Assembly: GCA_038212445.1 (NCBI GenBank)
Contig: JBBQUM010000029.1
Location: forward strand, 8,474-72,473
Length of the DNA stretch: 64,000 nt
Source of the DNA: Bryobacterales bacterium
GTDB lineage: Bacteria; Acidobacteriota; Terriglobia; Bryobacterales; Bryobacteraceae
Direction of reading: 5' to 3'
Shown: positions 27,728-36,821 of the stretch, one piece after another
Numbering within the stretch: position 1 is the stretch's first letter
How the letters are laid out: each line of letters starts with the position of its first letter
Notes under the pieces: model-generated
The model's input: only the letters and a program-made list of their open reading frames with translations
What the model was told of the DNA's origin: nothing
The model's database searches: none
Translations under genes and position numbers: made by a program

Positions 27728-29755
27728 TTACATCATCGCAGTCGGCGGCGCAGGTTCGTCCGGATGCCCGGCATTGCGAATCGGCAGCATGATCATCACT
27801 ACGCCAATGATGGCCAGCACGGCGAATCCGGCCAGGTAGGAGGGATCCTTGAAGATGACCGGCAGCGGCCACTCAAAGAAGCGGAAGGTGGCCACCACCA
27901 GTCCGGTGAGCGCCTCCCCCGCAATCAGCCCCGACGCTGTCAGGACCCCCACGTTTTCAGAACGCGCCTTCTGTGCAGCGTTGTTGCGGCGGCGTTCGCC
28001 GATGGCGTCGGCAATCACGCGGAACACGCCACCCATGAAAATGGCGAACGTCGTGTTGAACGGCAGATACATCCCCACCGCCACCAGCATTGGACTCTTC
28101 ACTTGCAACATGATCATCCCGATGCCCATGAATACTCCCACCACCACCAGCGCCCACGGCATGTCGCCGCCGACGATCCCTTGCGCCAGCGTTGCCATCA
28201 GGCCTGCTTGCGGCGCTGGCAACGCCTTGTCGCCAAAGCCTGTCCCGCCGGCCTTGATGTTGCCGACGTGCAGCACGAACAGCGGGAAGTACATCACCAG
28301 GCTCGCGCATACTACGGCGATCAATTCCACTAATTGGATGGTCCGCGGAGTACCGCCGAGAATGTAGCCGACCTTAAAATCCTGCAGCAATTCGCCCGCA
28401 ACCGCCGAAGAAACGCAAACCACGGCCGCCACGCCCAGCACCACTGCGACACCGCCGATACCTGAAACGCCGAGCGAAACCATGAGGAGCGCGGCGATGA
28501 TCAGTGTCGAGAGCGTCAACCCGGAGATCGGATTGTTCGACGAGCCGATGAAGCCCACAAGGCTCCCCGAGACCGTCGCGAAGAAGAAGCCGACGATGAT
28601 CATGACAATCGCCGCCACTACGCCGCCCAGCACCTGTCCCGATAAATAAATGTAGAGGGCGATCATCGCGATGAACACCACGCCGATCATCATGAAGACC
28701 GTCTTGAAACTCATGTAGCGCTCGGTACGCGACAGTTCAGCCTGTGCGACGTTGCCCTTCAATTCCTGGAAGCCGCGCGCCAAGCCGGCGGCAAGGCTCT
28801 TGCGCATCTTGAACAGCGTGTAGGCCGCGCCTACCAGCATTCCGCCCACCGCGATGGGTCGCACAATGTAGCGCCACACCGCGGCTGCCTGCGCTGCCCA
28901 GCCTTCTTCGCCCGAACCCGGCGGCAGAAATGCCTGCAACTGCGGTCCGAGGAAGAACATAAGCAGCGGCACCATCAATCCCCAGGCCAGCACGCCGCCC
29001 GAAAACTGAATCGCCGCCAATTTGATGCCGATGATGTAGCCGACGCCGAGATATGCGGGGCTCACGCTGGGCGCGCTCATTGTACTCATCGCGCCCGTCG
29101 CAATCACATTCTTACTCCCTAACGGACCCAGCCTAACCGCGCTCTTCCCAAGCTGACCTACGCGCACCAGAAAATCTTTGTCGGGAGCGAAGAACTGGAG
29201 CACGCCCATGAAATAGACAAGCGCGCCGAAGCCCATATTCCAGAATAGGAACCGCGCAGCTTGTGCGCCTCGCTGACCGGCCTTATGAATCTCCGCGGCC
29301 GCCACCGACTCAGGAAACGGCAGGTCGCGATCCTCCACCATGGCGCGTCGTACCAGCGACACAAAGAGGACGCCGAGGATACTGCCCACCGTCATCAGCG
29401 CCGTGGACTTCCAATATGCGACCGACGGATCGAACGACGTCCAGGCGCCCGCCATCACGAATGCCGGCAGCGTGAAGATCGCTCCGGCTGCTACTGACTC
29501 GCCGATGGAACCGGCAGTTCGGGCAATGTTCTCCTCGAGAATCGAGCCTTTCACCAGCCGCAGAACGGCCATGCCGATCACCGCCGCAGGGTATGTGGCG
29601 GCGATGGTAATGCCCGCCCGCAGTCCTAAATAGGCGTTGGCCGCGCCCAGCACAACGCACATCACGAGCCCCAGCATCACGGCCCTGACCGTGAACTCGC
29701 GCATCTGCATGTTCTCTGGGACGAAGGGACGATGTGGTTCCTGGGGTTGACTCAT
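27728..29755 (-). CDS. OPT family oligopeptide transporter
   Basis: 675 aa with many TM segments. N-terminal REFTVRAVMLGLVMCVVLGAANAYLGLRAGITIAATYPAAV is typical of the OPT superfamily. Confidence 0.9.
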   Translation of the reverse strand: MSQPQEPHRPFVPENMQMREFTVRAVMLGLVMCVVLGAANAYLGLRAGITIAATYPAAVIGMAVLRLVKGSILEENIARTAGSIGESVAAGAIFTLPAFVMAGAWTSFDPSVAYWKSTALMTVGSILGVLFVSLVRRAMVEDRDLPFPESVAAAEIHKAGQRGAQAARFLFWNMGFGALVYFMGVLQFFAPDKDFLVRVGQLGKSAVRLGPLGSKNVIATGAMSTMSAPSVSPAYLGVGYIIGIKLAAIQFSGGVLAWGLMVPLLMFFLGPQLQAFLPPGSGEEGWAAQAAAVWRYIVRPIAVGGMLVGAAYTLFKMRKSLAAGLARGFQELKGNVAQAELSRTERYMSFKTVFMMIGVVFIAMIALYIYLSGQVLGGVVAAIVMIIVGFFFATVSGSLVGFIGSSNNPISGLTLSTLIIAALLMVSLGVSGIGGVAVVLGVAAVVCVSSAVAGELLQDFKVGYILGGTPRTIQLVELIAVVCASLVMYFPLFVLHVGNIKAGGTGFGDKALPAPQAGLMATLAQGIVGGDMPWALVVVGVFMGIGMIMLQVKSPMLVAVGMYLPFNTTFAIFMGGVFRVIADAIGERRRNNAAQKARSENVGVLTASGLIAGEALTGLVVATFRFFEWPLPVIFKDPSYLAGFAVLAIIGVVMIMLPIRNAGHPDEPAPPTAMM

Positions 29756-30043
29756 GATCGCGTGAACATTCTAACGCAATGTCCACACGTGGAATCGGAC
29801 CCTGCACGTCCGGCTTAATTCTGGCGTCACAATGCGGTGACTGATGCGAGTGCTGACGCTGTGTGTGGTGCCCGAACCATGCACACTGCCGGTGCTGCTG
29901 GGCGCCCGGCCCTAGGTGATGGATTGTGGATTGAGACGGCGTGATGCGCGCGAAAGTCCCACGGGTTCGACGACAGCCTGAAGGTTGGCCGGTGCGGATG
30001 CATCGAAGGGCTGGAGCAGTTGCCGGAGGCAGGCTGGGCAGCA

Positions 30044-30100
30044 GAAGTAGAACGGGTCTCCCGACCCGTTTGAAACGAGCCGGGAGGCTCGTTCTACTTC
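30044..30100. repeat. 57-nt compound palindrome (outer 8-11 bp stem enclosing two 7-bp hairpins with mutually complementary tetraloops)
   Basis: GAAGTAGA-[ACGGGTC-tccc-GACCCGT]-ttgaa-[ACGAGCC-ggga-GGCTCGT]-TCTACTTC, about 50 nt downstream of the DUF1501 stop. Confidence 0.6.
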
Positions 30101-30150
30101 CTACGCTGGGCCCGGCCACAGGGCGCGGGAAAGAGGGGCGCGAGAGGCGC

Positions 30151-31482
30151 CTACCCCATGAAGCCTAGATCGGACACCGGGAATTGAGCGAGGTTGGGGA
30201 AGACGGTAGCTAGACCGGCCGGGTCCACGCCGAACCACTTCGCGAGCGTCGCGCCGTATTGATCGGTGGATGTCGACGGGATCCAGGCGCCGCGCGCCGC
30301 GGAATCGTCCGGACCGCCGAGAGCCATCAGCGGGAACTTGCCGTATAGATCGCCGCCCTTCACTGCGCCACCAAGGACTAAGTGATGATTGCCCCAGCCG
30401 TGGTCACTGCCGGTCCCGCTGGGTTGCAGTGTCCGCCCGAATTCCGATTCGGTGAACGTCGTTACCTTGTCGGCGATCCCAAGTTCGGCCGTCGCGTTGT
30501 AGAACGACAACATGCCGTCGGCGATTTGCTTCAGCAGGTCCCACTGTCCCCAGCTCTGCGCCGAGTGCGTGTCAAAACCGCCGAGCGAGCAAAAGAAGAC
30601 CTGCCGGCTTAGGCCGATTTGCGGCCGCAATTGGAGGATCTGGGCCACTTGCTGTAACTGCTGCCCGATGGACGTGCCTGGAAATTTCGTCGACATCGGT
30701 GTCGCGCTGCCCAGGCTCTTGAGCATGGCACTGAGCGCGATTGCGTCCTGACGCACCTTGTTCGCGCCTTGAATCAGCGTGAGTCCGCTGTCGAAGGTGA
30801 GCACTTCCTGCAGCCCTTGCTGGCGCGCCTGTGCCGACGATGCCGGCCACGAGTTGAAGCCGTAGAGCTGCATGTCGAAGCCCGGGATCAAGCTCGCCGA
30901 CTGCACGATGTTTCCCTTCGAGAACAACTGCGGTCCCGTCATCGACACAGATGGGGGAAAGCTCTTGCCGGCATTCATCGGCGCCACCGCGTCGGCTACG
31001 CGACCCGCCCACCCCGTTGACGCCGAGCTGGACGGAATTCCAGCTTGCATCTGCACGGTCTGATCGGAGTGCGAAAAGAGGTTTGTCGGCAGCGGTACGG
31101 CGCTCGATAGATATTGCGGACGCGACGTCGGCTGCACCAGCATCCCGACGTTGGCCACAACCGCTAGTTTCTTCTGCGCCCAGAACGGATGGATCAGCGC
31201 GAGTCCGTCGGTGAGGCCGTAAGGCGTGCCCGCGGCCGTGGACACAGGCAACAGCTTCACATTGGTATCGGGCAACGCCAGCGAGCCGCGAATCGACTTG
31301 TACGTGTTGTACTCGCTCTGCGTCTGCGGCACGATGACGCTGTTGCCGTCGTTGCCGCCGAACATGAAAATGCAGACCAGCGCTTTGTAGTCGGTTGCCT
31401 GCTGCGCCAATGCGCTGACGCCTCCAAACCGCGCAACTCCGGCCAGCGCGGCCAGTCTGAGAAAGTCTCGTCGTGAGTTCAT
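30151..31482 (-). CDS. DUF1501 domain protein, Tat signal
   Basis: MNSRRDFLRLAALAGVARFG leader and FGGNDGNS...SEFGRT...GSDHGWG signature. Start set to ATG 31482. Confidence 0.9.
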   Translation of the reverse strand: MNSRRDFLRLAALAGVARFGGVSALAQQATDYKALVCIFMFGGNDGNSVIVPQTQSEYNTYKSIRGSLALPDTNVKLLPVSTAAGTPYGLTDGLALIHPFWAQKKLAVVANVGMLVQPTSRPQYLSSAVPLPTNLFSHSDQTVQMQAGIPSSSASTGWAGRVADAVAPMNAGKSFPPSVSMTGPQLFSKGNIVQSASLIPGFDMQLYGFNSWPASSAQARQQGLQEVLTFDSGLTLIQGANKVRQDAIALSAMLKSLGSATPMSTKFPGTSIGQQLQQVAQILQLRPQIGLSRQVFFCSLGGFDTHSAQSWGQWDLLKQIADGMLSFYNATAELGIADKVTTFTESEFGRTLQPSGTGSDHGWGNHHLVLGGAVKGGDLYGKFPLMALGGPDDSAARGAWIPSTSTDQYGATLAKWFGVDPAGLATVFPNLAQFPVSDLGFMG

Positions 31483-31498
31483 CTGCTTCTCCAGTGGC

Positions 31499-33865
31499 CT
31501 AGTATTGAACCGCGTATTGTCCGGAAAGCGCTGCAAGGTAGAGAGCGGTCTGCACGCGCTGAGTATTGTCGGAAGAGGCCGTCACGGCGGTGGCGAGCGA
31601 CGTCCTCACAGTGGCCGGCATGCGGCCGTAGAAGAACTTCTGATCCACCAAGTCGAGCAACTGAGCCGTGTTGCCGGCCACCGCGTTGAAGGGCGACAGG
31701 TCGATGCTGGGGTCGCTGTTGGGCTGGTTGAGCATCTGGTAAATCATGTTCGCGCGCTCCACCGATTCAGTCGGCGTGTAGATCTGAAACTCGGGACCGT
31801 ACAACGCCGGGTGCGACGGCAGACGGTACGACGGCGAGTAATAGCTGAATACCGACGGCGGATTGGCGACCTCCTGTCCCATAGCGACGAAGTTCCAGGG
31901 AATGACGGTAGCGGGTCCGATGTTGCCGTTCATCATTCGCACAAAGCTCACGATTTGATAGATGGGATCCTTCAGCCGGCCGCTCGACGCCGTCGCAGTG
32001 TCCTGCCGCGCTTCCGCGTCGGTGAGGATGGCGCGCAGCACGGCCTTGAGGTCGCCGCGCACACCGCTGCCGTTGTCGTTGAAGACGGCGGCGATGCGCT
32101 GGATGTACGCGGGACTCGGATTGCTCGTCACCAGGCTGCGGATCAGCCGGGTGGCGATGAACGGCCCGGTATTGGCGTGCTTAAACACGCAATCGAGCAC
32201 GCCGTCCAGATCCTGCTGCACGGTCTGTCCTGAGGGCAACACGCAGCCATTGATTAGCGTTTTCTGCGTGGTGTCGTGGTTCTGCGGCCGCGTCTCCATG
32301 ACCGGCGCTGAGAAGTTCTCCCAGTTGTTGGCCGAGGGCTGAGTGCCCGCCGCAGTGGGGTAGGTCCAACCGGTGAGCGCGAGCGCGTGCTGTCGAATGT
32401 CGGCCTGCGTGTAAGTGGGCACCGGCTGCCCGTTGACAAGTTTCACTGAACCGTCGGGATTCAACTGGTTCAATCCGATGGTGAACAGCTGCATCAGTTC
32501 ACGGGCGAAATTTTCGTTCGCGCCGCCGTTCAGGCCTGGCTTATTGCTATTCGCCAAGTCGAGATATTTCCCCATCTGCGGACTCACGGCGATCTCGCCG
32601 AGCAGCGTGCGGTAGTTGCCGAACGCGTTGCGGCTGAGAATCTGCTGGTAGGGCACGAACTCGTCCGGGTAGATATTTTTGTTCATCGAAATGACGATGA
32701 TCTGGCTGAGCGCCCACGCCATCTTCTGGCGCAACTGATCGGGCGCGGTGGTCAGCCGGTTCAGCGTCAACGACTGTACAGTCGAACTCTGCGCCGGCAT
32801 GGGGATCGTAGTCTCCGGCAGCGCAAATTGCGCATCGAGCCAGCCGCTGATGCCTTGCGACTGTACGTTGGCGAGTTCTTGCGGCGTCGGACCGAATGCC
32901 GACTGCTCCAGGAATCGTCCCGCTGTGAGTGTCGCCCCGTTATTGCCGGGAGTGCCGCCGCCTCCACCTCCCGCTGCCTGAAGAGTGACCACCCCCTGCG
33001 CCGACTTGGTGGAATCGGCGACGCTCGTCGCGCGTACGGTTACTGAGGGATTCGCGGGCATCGCGGACGGTGCGGTATACAAGCCGGCAGCGGTCACGGT
33101 CCCCGCGCTGGCCGACCATGTCACCGCGGTGTTCGCCGTCCCCGTCACGGTGGCAGCGAATTGCACCGTTCCCGACAACGCCGATGTTGCCGTGCCAGGA
33201 GCCACTGAGACGGTCACGGGCGCAGGCGGAGCGGTGGTCACCGTGATGTTGTAGCCCTGACTCACGACGCCGCCCGGGTTGGGATGCGCGACGGTCACCG
33301 CAAATTTGCCGGCTTGGGGGAGATCGCCGGCGGCGTTCAATGTGGTCGCATTCACATAAGTGGTGGTCCAAATAACGCCATTTACTTTCACCACAGCCTG
33401 CGGAATAAAGTTGCTTCCATTAATTGCGAAGGATTTTCCCACACCGGTCGTAAATGTATTCGGATTTGTAGACCAAACCCATGGCGTCGGCTGAGAAATT
33501 GTGACTGCTGACTCACCAAAAATCGTTGGCTTAGAAGTACTGGCAGCGCGGATCTTCACCACGTTGGCGGAGGGTACTACTGACGGCGCCGTGTACTGCC
33601 CGGCCTGGGTGATCACACCGAATTGCGCGCTCCCGCCGGTGACTCCATTTACCGTCCAAGTCACCCCGCCCGGCGACACCGAAACGTAGGTCGTAAATTG
33701 CTGGGTGGTGCCCTTAACGACGCTTGCCGGGGATGGATAGACGGCGATAACGCCTTGACCCTGAGTTATTTGAGTGAAGACGAATGGGAAGAGCAGACAG
33801 GCCGAGCGGACGGATGGACTCACCTGCCTATCTTCCGTTACATGGTGCGCCAGGCGAGTACGCAA
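31499..33865 (-). CDS. DUF1800 domain protein with three N-terminal Ig-like (BIG2/IPT-like) domains
   Basis: Repeated V.V.P......G.t.qF.a.v...V.W motifs and a Gly6 linker, then FLEQSAFGPTPQEL...ALSQI...FTIG DUF1800 core. Lies immediately upstream of DUF1501. Confidence 0.85.
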   Translation of the reverse strand: MRTRLAHHVTEDRQVSPSVRSACLLFPFVFTQITQGQGVIAVYPSPASVVKGTTQQFTTYVSVSPGGVTWTVNGVTGGSAQFGVITQAGQYTAPSVVPSANVVKIRAASTSKPTIFGESAVTISQPTPWVWSTNPNTFTTGVGKSFAINGSNFIPQAVVKVNGVIWTTTYVNATTLNAAGDLPQAGKFAVTVAHPNPGGVVSQGYNITVTTAPPAPVTVSVAPGTATSALSGTVQFAATVTGTANTAVTWSASAGTVTAAGLYTAPSAMPANPSVTVRATSVADSTKSAQGVVTLQAAGGGGGGTPGNNGATLTAGRFLEQSAFGPTPQELANVQSQGISGWLDAQFALPETTIPMPAQSSTVQSLTLNRLTTAPDQLRQKMAWALSQIIVISMNKNIYPDEFVPYQQILSRNAFGNYRTLLGEIAVSPQMGKYLDLANSNKPGLNGGANENFARELMQLFTIGLNQLNPDGSVKLVNGQPVPTYTQADIRQHALALTGWTYPTAAGTQPSANNWENFSAPVMETRPQNHDTTQKTLINGCVLPSGQTVQQDLDGVLDCVFKHANTGPFIATRLIRSLVTSNPSPAYIQRIAAVFNDNGSGVRGDLKAVLRAILTDAEARQDTATASSGRLKDPIYQIVSFVRMMNGNIGPATVIPWNFVAMGQEVANPPSVFSYYSPSYRLPSHPALYGPEFQIYTPTESVERANMIYQMLNQPNSDPSIDLSPFNAVAGNTAQLLDLVDQKFFYGRMPATVRTSLATAVTASSDNTQRVQTALYLAALSGQYAVQY

Positions 33866-33992
33866 AAGACAGAAAGAGGCGAACAGAATGTCCCTACGTT
33901 ACCTTAGGGGACCCCGTACTACTGTCGCCGTTGTGGGCACGCGGGTATTGGCACTACCCCCGTTGGGTACTGGAACTTTTAACAAATGCGGT

Positions 33993-34016
33993 TACTTCAA
34001 TTGGGTAATTGAAGTA
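33993..34016. promoter_or_regulatory. 10-bp perfect inverted repeat TACTTCAATT-gggt-AATTGAAGTA in a divergent intergenic region
   Basis: Read directly. Embedded in a cluster of GGGTA / TACCCC repeats (33943, 33955, 33965, 34003, 34015). Confidence 0.35.
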
Positions 34017-34223
34017 CCCCCCTCTAAGGCATACGCTCTAAGACGAAAGTCCCATGCGCCTATTGATTAACGCGTAAGCTGGCTTTCTTTTGCAATAAAT
34101 TGACTGATTTTCTTGTGGGTTTTTCGCGGAGGTGACACGGCCCACAAAGGCAGTTCAACGTAGCCGAAAACACGGCTCAAGAACCCGGCTTCCGGCCACT
34201 GATGGAGAACAAGGGATCAAATA

Positions 34224-35543
34224 ATGGTATTCCAAAGACAAATAACTTCCGCACCCAAAGCGATCTTGCTCGCAGGACTGATCGCCTGCCTCGGCACGCC
34301 GCTCTCTGCACAGGTCATTTACGACAATATTCCGGTGCCTCAGCCGGGGAACCTCCCAAGCCAAGCCTTCGAAGCCACCCAGACGAGTGAATTCGGCGCT
34401 GGCGTGGTGTTTAGCCCCGGCTCCTCGCGCGTGCTCTCAACGGTGAAGGTCCTCATGTCCAGTTGGGGTTGCGTAACTGGCAGTTGGACAGACGGCTCGT
34501 GTGTCACCGCTCCCGGCTCCACGTTCAGCCATCCAATTACATTGAATATCTACGCAGTGGGTGTTGGTAATACGCTCGGCGGACCACTGGCGAGTAAGAC
34601 GACTACCTTCGCAATACCTTTCCGGCCATCCTACGATCCCGTGAAGTGTCCCGCAGCGCCCGGCCAACCGGGCAAATGGTTCGATGTAGTTACAAATTCC
34701 TGCAATAACGGCCTCGCAACCCCGATCGTTTTTGACTTTACGAGTTCCGGGATAACACTTCCCAACCAGGTGATCATCACAGTAGCTTTCAACACCACCC
34801 ATTACGGCAAAACGCCTCTCGGACAGGGTACCGCCTGCTTCATCGCCGGCAACAACTGTGGATATGATTCGCTCAATGTGGGAGCCGAGAATCATCTGAG
34901 TGTTGGATCTTACCTGGATCCTACCGGCGCCTTCCTCAATTCCGCGACAGCAGGTCAATACTGCATCGGCGGCGGCCCCACCGGCACCCTGCGTCCCGAT
35001 CTCACATGCTGGGGCGGATTCCAGCCTTCGTTCCAGGTCAGCGCTGTAGCCAACGGCGCCTACCTCACGAAGTACTTCGGCAATCTCAACATCGGCGACT
35101 CCGAGCTGAATTTGACGAACTCCGGGGCAAGTATCGGTGTACCGACTACTACCGGCAATATCTGCGCCAACCTATACGTGATCTCCGCGGACGAACAACT
35201 AGTGGCTTGTTGCAGCTGTCCAGTCACGCCCAACGGTCTCATCAGTCTCTCCGCGAAGAGTCTTATCACCAATACGCTAACTCCCACAGTTCCGTCCTCG
35301 ATGACGGTTGCGATCCTTGCATCCGCCAACACTGGCGCGTGCAATCCGGCGGCGCCCGGAGTCCTCGTACCCGGGCTCAGCGCCTGGGGCACGAACCTGC
35401 ACGACGGCGGAGCTGTGACGGAGACCAAGTTCGTTGACTCGACAATCTCCGGCCCGATTCTTGGCAGGTTGACTTCGCTCTGCGGCTTCCTGCAAGCCAA
35501 CGGAAGCGGCTATGGCATCTGCGGTGTCTGCAGGTTTGGCTAA
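34224..35543 (+). CDS. secreted cysteine-rich hypothetical protein
   Basis: Signal peptide KAILLAGLIACLGTPLSAQ, about 16 Cys in the mature part including ACCSCP and GICGVC, AAGGGA 7 nt before the ATG. No family recognised. Confidence 0.6.
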   Translation: MVFQRQITSAPKAILLAGLIACLGTPLSAQVIYDNIPVPQPGNLPSQAFEATQTSEFGAGVVFSPGSSRVLSTVKVLMSSWGCVTGSWTDGSCVTAPGSTFSHPITLNIYAVGVGNTLGGPLASKTTTFAIPFRPSYDPVKCPAAPGQPGKWFDVVTNSCNNGLATPIVFDFTSSGITLPNQVIITVAFNTTHYGKTPLGQGTACFIAGNNCGYDSLNVGAENHLSVGSYLDPTGAFLNSATAGQYCIGGGPTGTLRPDLTCWGGFQPSFQVSAVANGAYLTKYFGNLNIGDSELNLTNSGASIGVPTTTGNICANLYVISADEQLVACCSCPVTPNGLISLSAKSLITNTLTPTVPSSMTVAILASANTGACNPAAPGVLVPGLSAWGTNLHDGGAVTETKFVDSTISGPILGRLTSLCGFLQANGSGYGICGVCRFG

Positions 35544-35610
35544 GAGAGCGCCCCTAAGTCCACAGCATGAATCCTGGGAGGGCGGGTCCCGCTCTTCCCG
35601 GATTTCTTGG

Positions 35611-36816
35611 TTAGACTGCTACTTCGCCCAACTGCCCGAAGTGCTTCTGTAACACCAGCGCCACCGTCCCACGCAGGCGCGCCATTCCGTCTTCGTGGAC
35701 CGGCACCACCTGAGGCACCGAACCGCCCGGCAAAACCTGCGCCCGCACCTCAGCCTCAATCACCGGACCAAACCGGTGCCAGGAGCGCGTCAACTCGCCG
35801 ATGACCAGGATTCGCTCGGGCGACAGACCAGCCACGATCATGCGCATTCCGCGGCCGAGGTATCGCGCCATGCAGTCCACGGCGTCGATGGCGCTCTTGT
35901 TGCCCTGATCCGCGAGAATCAGCAGATCGATGAAGCTCGTCTTGTCCGCGGTATCCGTACTCTGCGATTCAATGAAGTAGCGGAGTGCCGCGCGATTCGA
36001 CGCAAAAACCTCCCAGCAGCCGCGGCTGCCGCAGGTGCATGCCGGACCCTGCGGGTCGAGCGGCACATGTCCGAATTCTCCCGCCATTCCTCGAAATCCT
36101 CGTGCCAATTGACCGTTGATAAACAATCCAGTGCCTATACCTTCCGAAACGGTGACCGCAACCAAATTGCTGACTGGATTCTCCTGTTTGAACCAGACCG
36201 CCGAAAGCACGCTCGCGTTAGCGGCGTTCTCCATCACGACGTCGAGGCCTGTGGCTTCCGCAATTGGCGTACGAAGGTCGCATTCCGGCCATTTGAGGTT
36301 GGGAGCGAACACCAGGCGATTGCTGTCGGTGTCAAAGCGGCCCGGCAGCGTGATGCCAATGCCCTCAACCATCTTGTCCCGGCACCCCTGAATCATCCTT
36401 TTGATTCGCTCAACCAACTCGCGTATGGCCTGATCCGGATGGTTCGGAGTTGGAATCTGCTCTTGAGAATTGAAGCGGCCGTTCACATCCGCCACCGCCA
36501 GTGTGATCTGGCTCGGCCGAACGTCGACGCCGATGATCACTCGGTCTTCATTTAGCCGTAACGAAGTTGGGTGCCTGCCGCGCGGAAGTTTCGCCGTGGG
36601 CCCATCCACCACCCAGCTTTCCTTGATCAGGTCCTCGACAATCAGCGAAATCGTGCTTCGCTGCAAGCCGGAAACTCGTGCCAGGTCCGCCCGCGATAAC
36701 GGCTGCCGGGTGCGAATCAGGTTCAGCACCAGCCGGCGATTAAAATCGCGGACGGCCTCGTTGGAATGCCCCAGCATCGTGGTGGTGGGCACTCGCTTGA
36801 TCAGGTCAACCGGCAT
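35611..36816 (-). CDS. ROK family transcriptional regulator (NagC/XylR type)
   Basis: N-terminal wHTH (LSRADLARVSGLQRSTISLIVEDLI) and ROK sugar-kinase-like core with the CTCGSRGCWE zinc motif. Confidence 0.9.
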   Translation of the reverse strand: MPVDLIKRVPTTTMLGHSNEAVRDFNRRLVLNLIRTRQPLSRADLARVSGLQRSTISLIVEDLIKESWVVDGPTAKLPRGRHPTSLRLNEDRVIIGVDVRPSQITLAVADVNGRFNSQEQIPTPNHPDQAIRELVERIKRMIQGCRDKMVEGIGITLPGRFDTDSNRLVFAPNLKWPECDLRTPIAEATGLDVVMENAANASVLSAVWFKQENPVSNLVAVTVSEGIGTGLFINGQLARGFRGMAGEFGHVPLDPQGPACTCGSRGCWEVFASNRAALRYFIESQSTDTADKTSFIDLLILADQGNKSAIDAVDCMARYLGRGMRMIVAGLSPERILVIGELTRSWHRFGPVIEAEVRAQVLPGGSVPQVVPVHEDGMARLRGTVALVLQKHFGQLGEVAV

Positions 36817-36821
36817 TCGGT

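Noticed and set aside
29961-29972. GGTTCGA T-loop-like motif suggesting a tRNA
   Set aside because: Flanking bases do not form a T stem, and no acceptor, D or anticodon arms could be drawn.
29310-30119. 269-aa ORF spanning the OPT 5' end and the spacer
   Set aside because: Overlaps the OPT transporter in another frame. R/H/G/P-rich with no motif. The spacer part shows no coding-like composition.
32953-32975. GCC/GCC/TCC/ACC repeat tract
   Set aside because: It encodes the Gly6 linker of the DUF1800 protein. It is not a homopolymer or a perfect SSR, so it is not a plausible phase-variation tract.
33949-33964. TGGCAC sigma54 -24-like element
   Set aside because: The -12 position (12 nt after GG) reads GT rather than GC, and no TTGC follows.
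35544-35610. Possible bidirectional terminator between the Cys-rich gene and the ROK gene
   Set aside because: Only imperfect GGGAGGGCGGG/CCCGCTCTTCCC complementarity with essentially no loop. A stable hairpin could not be drawn.
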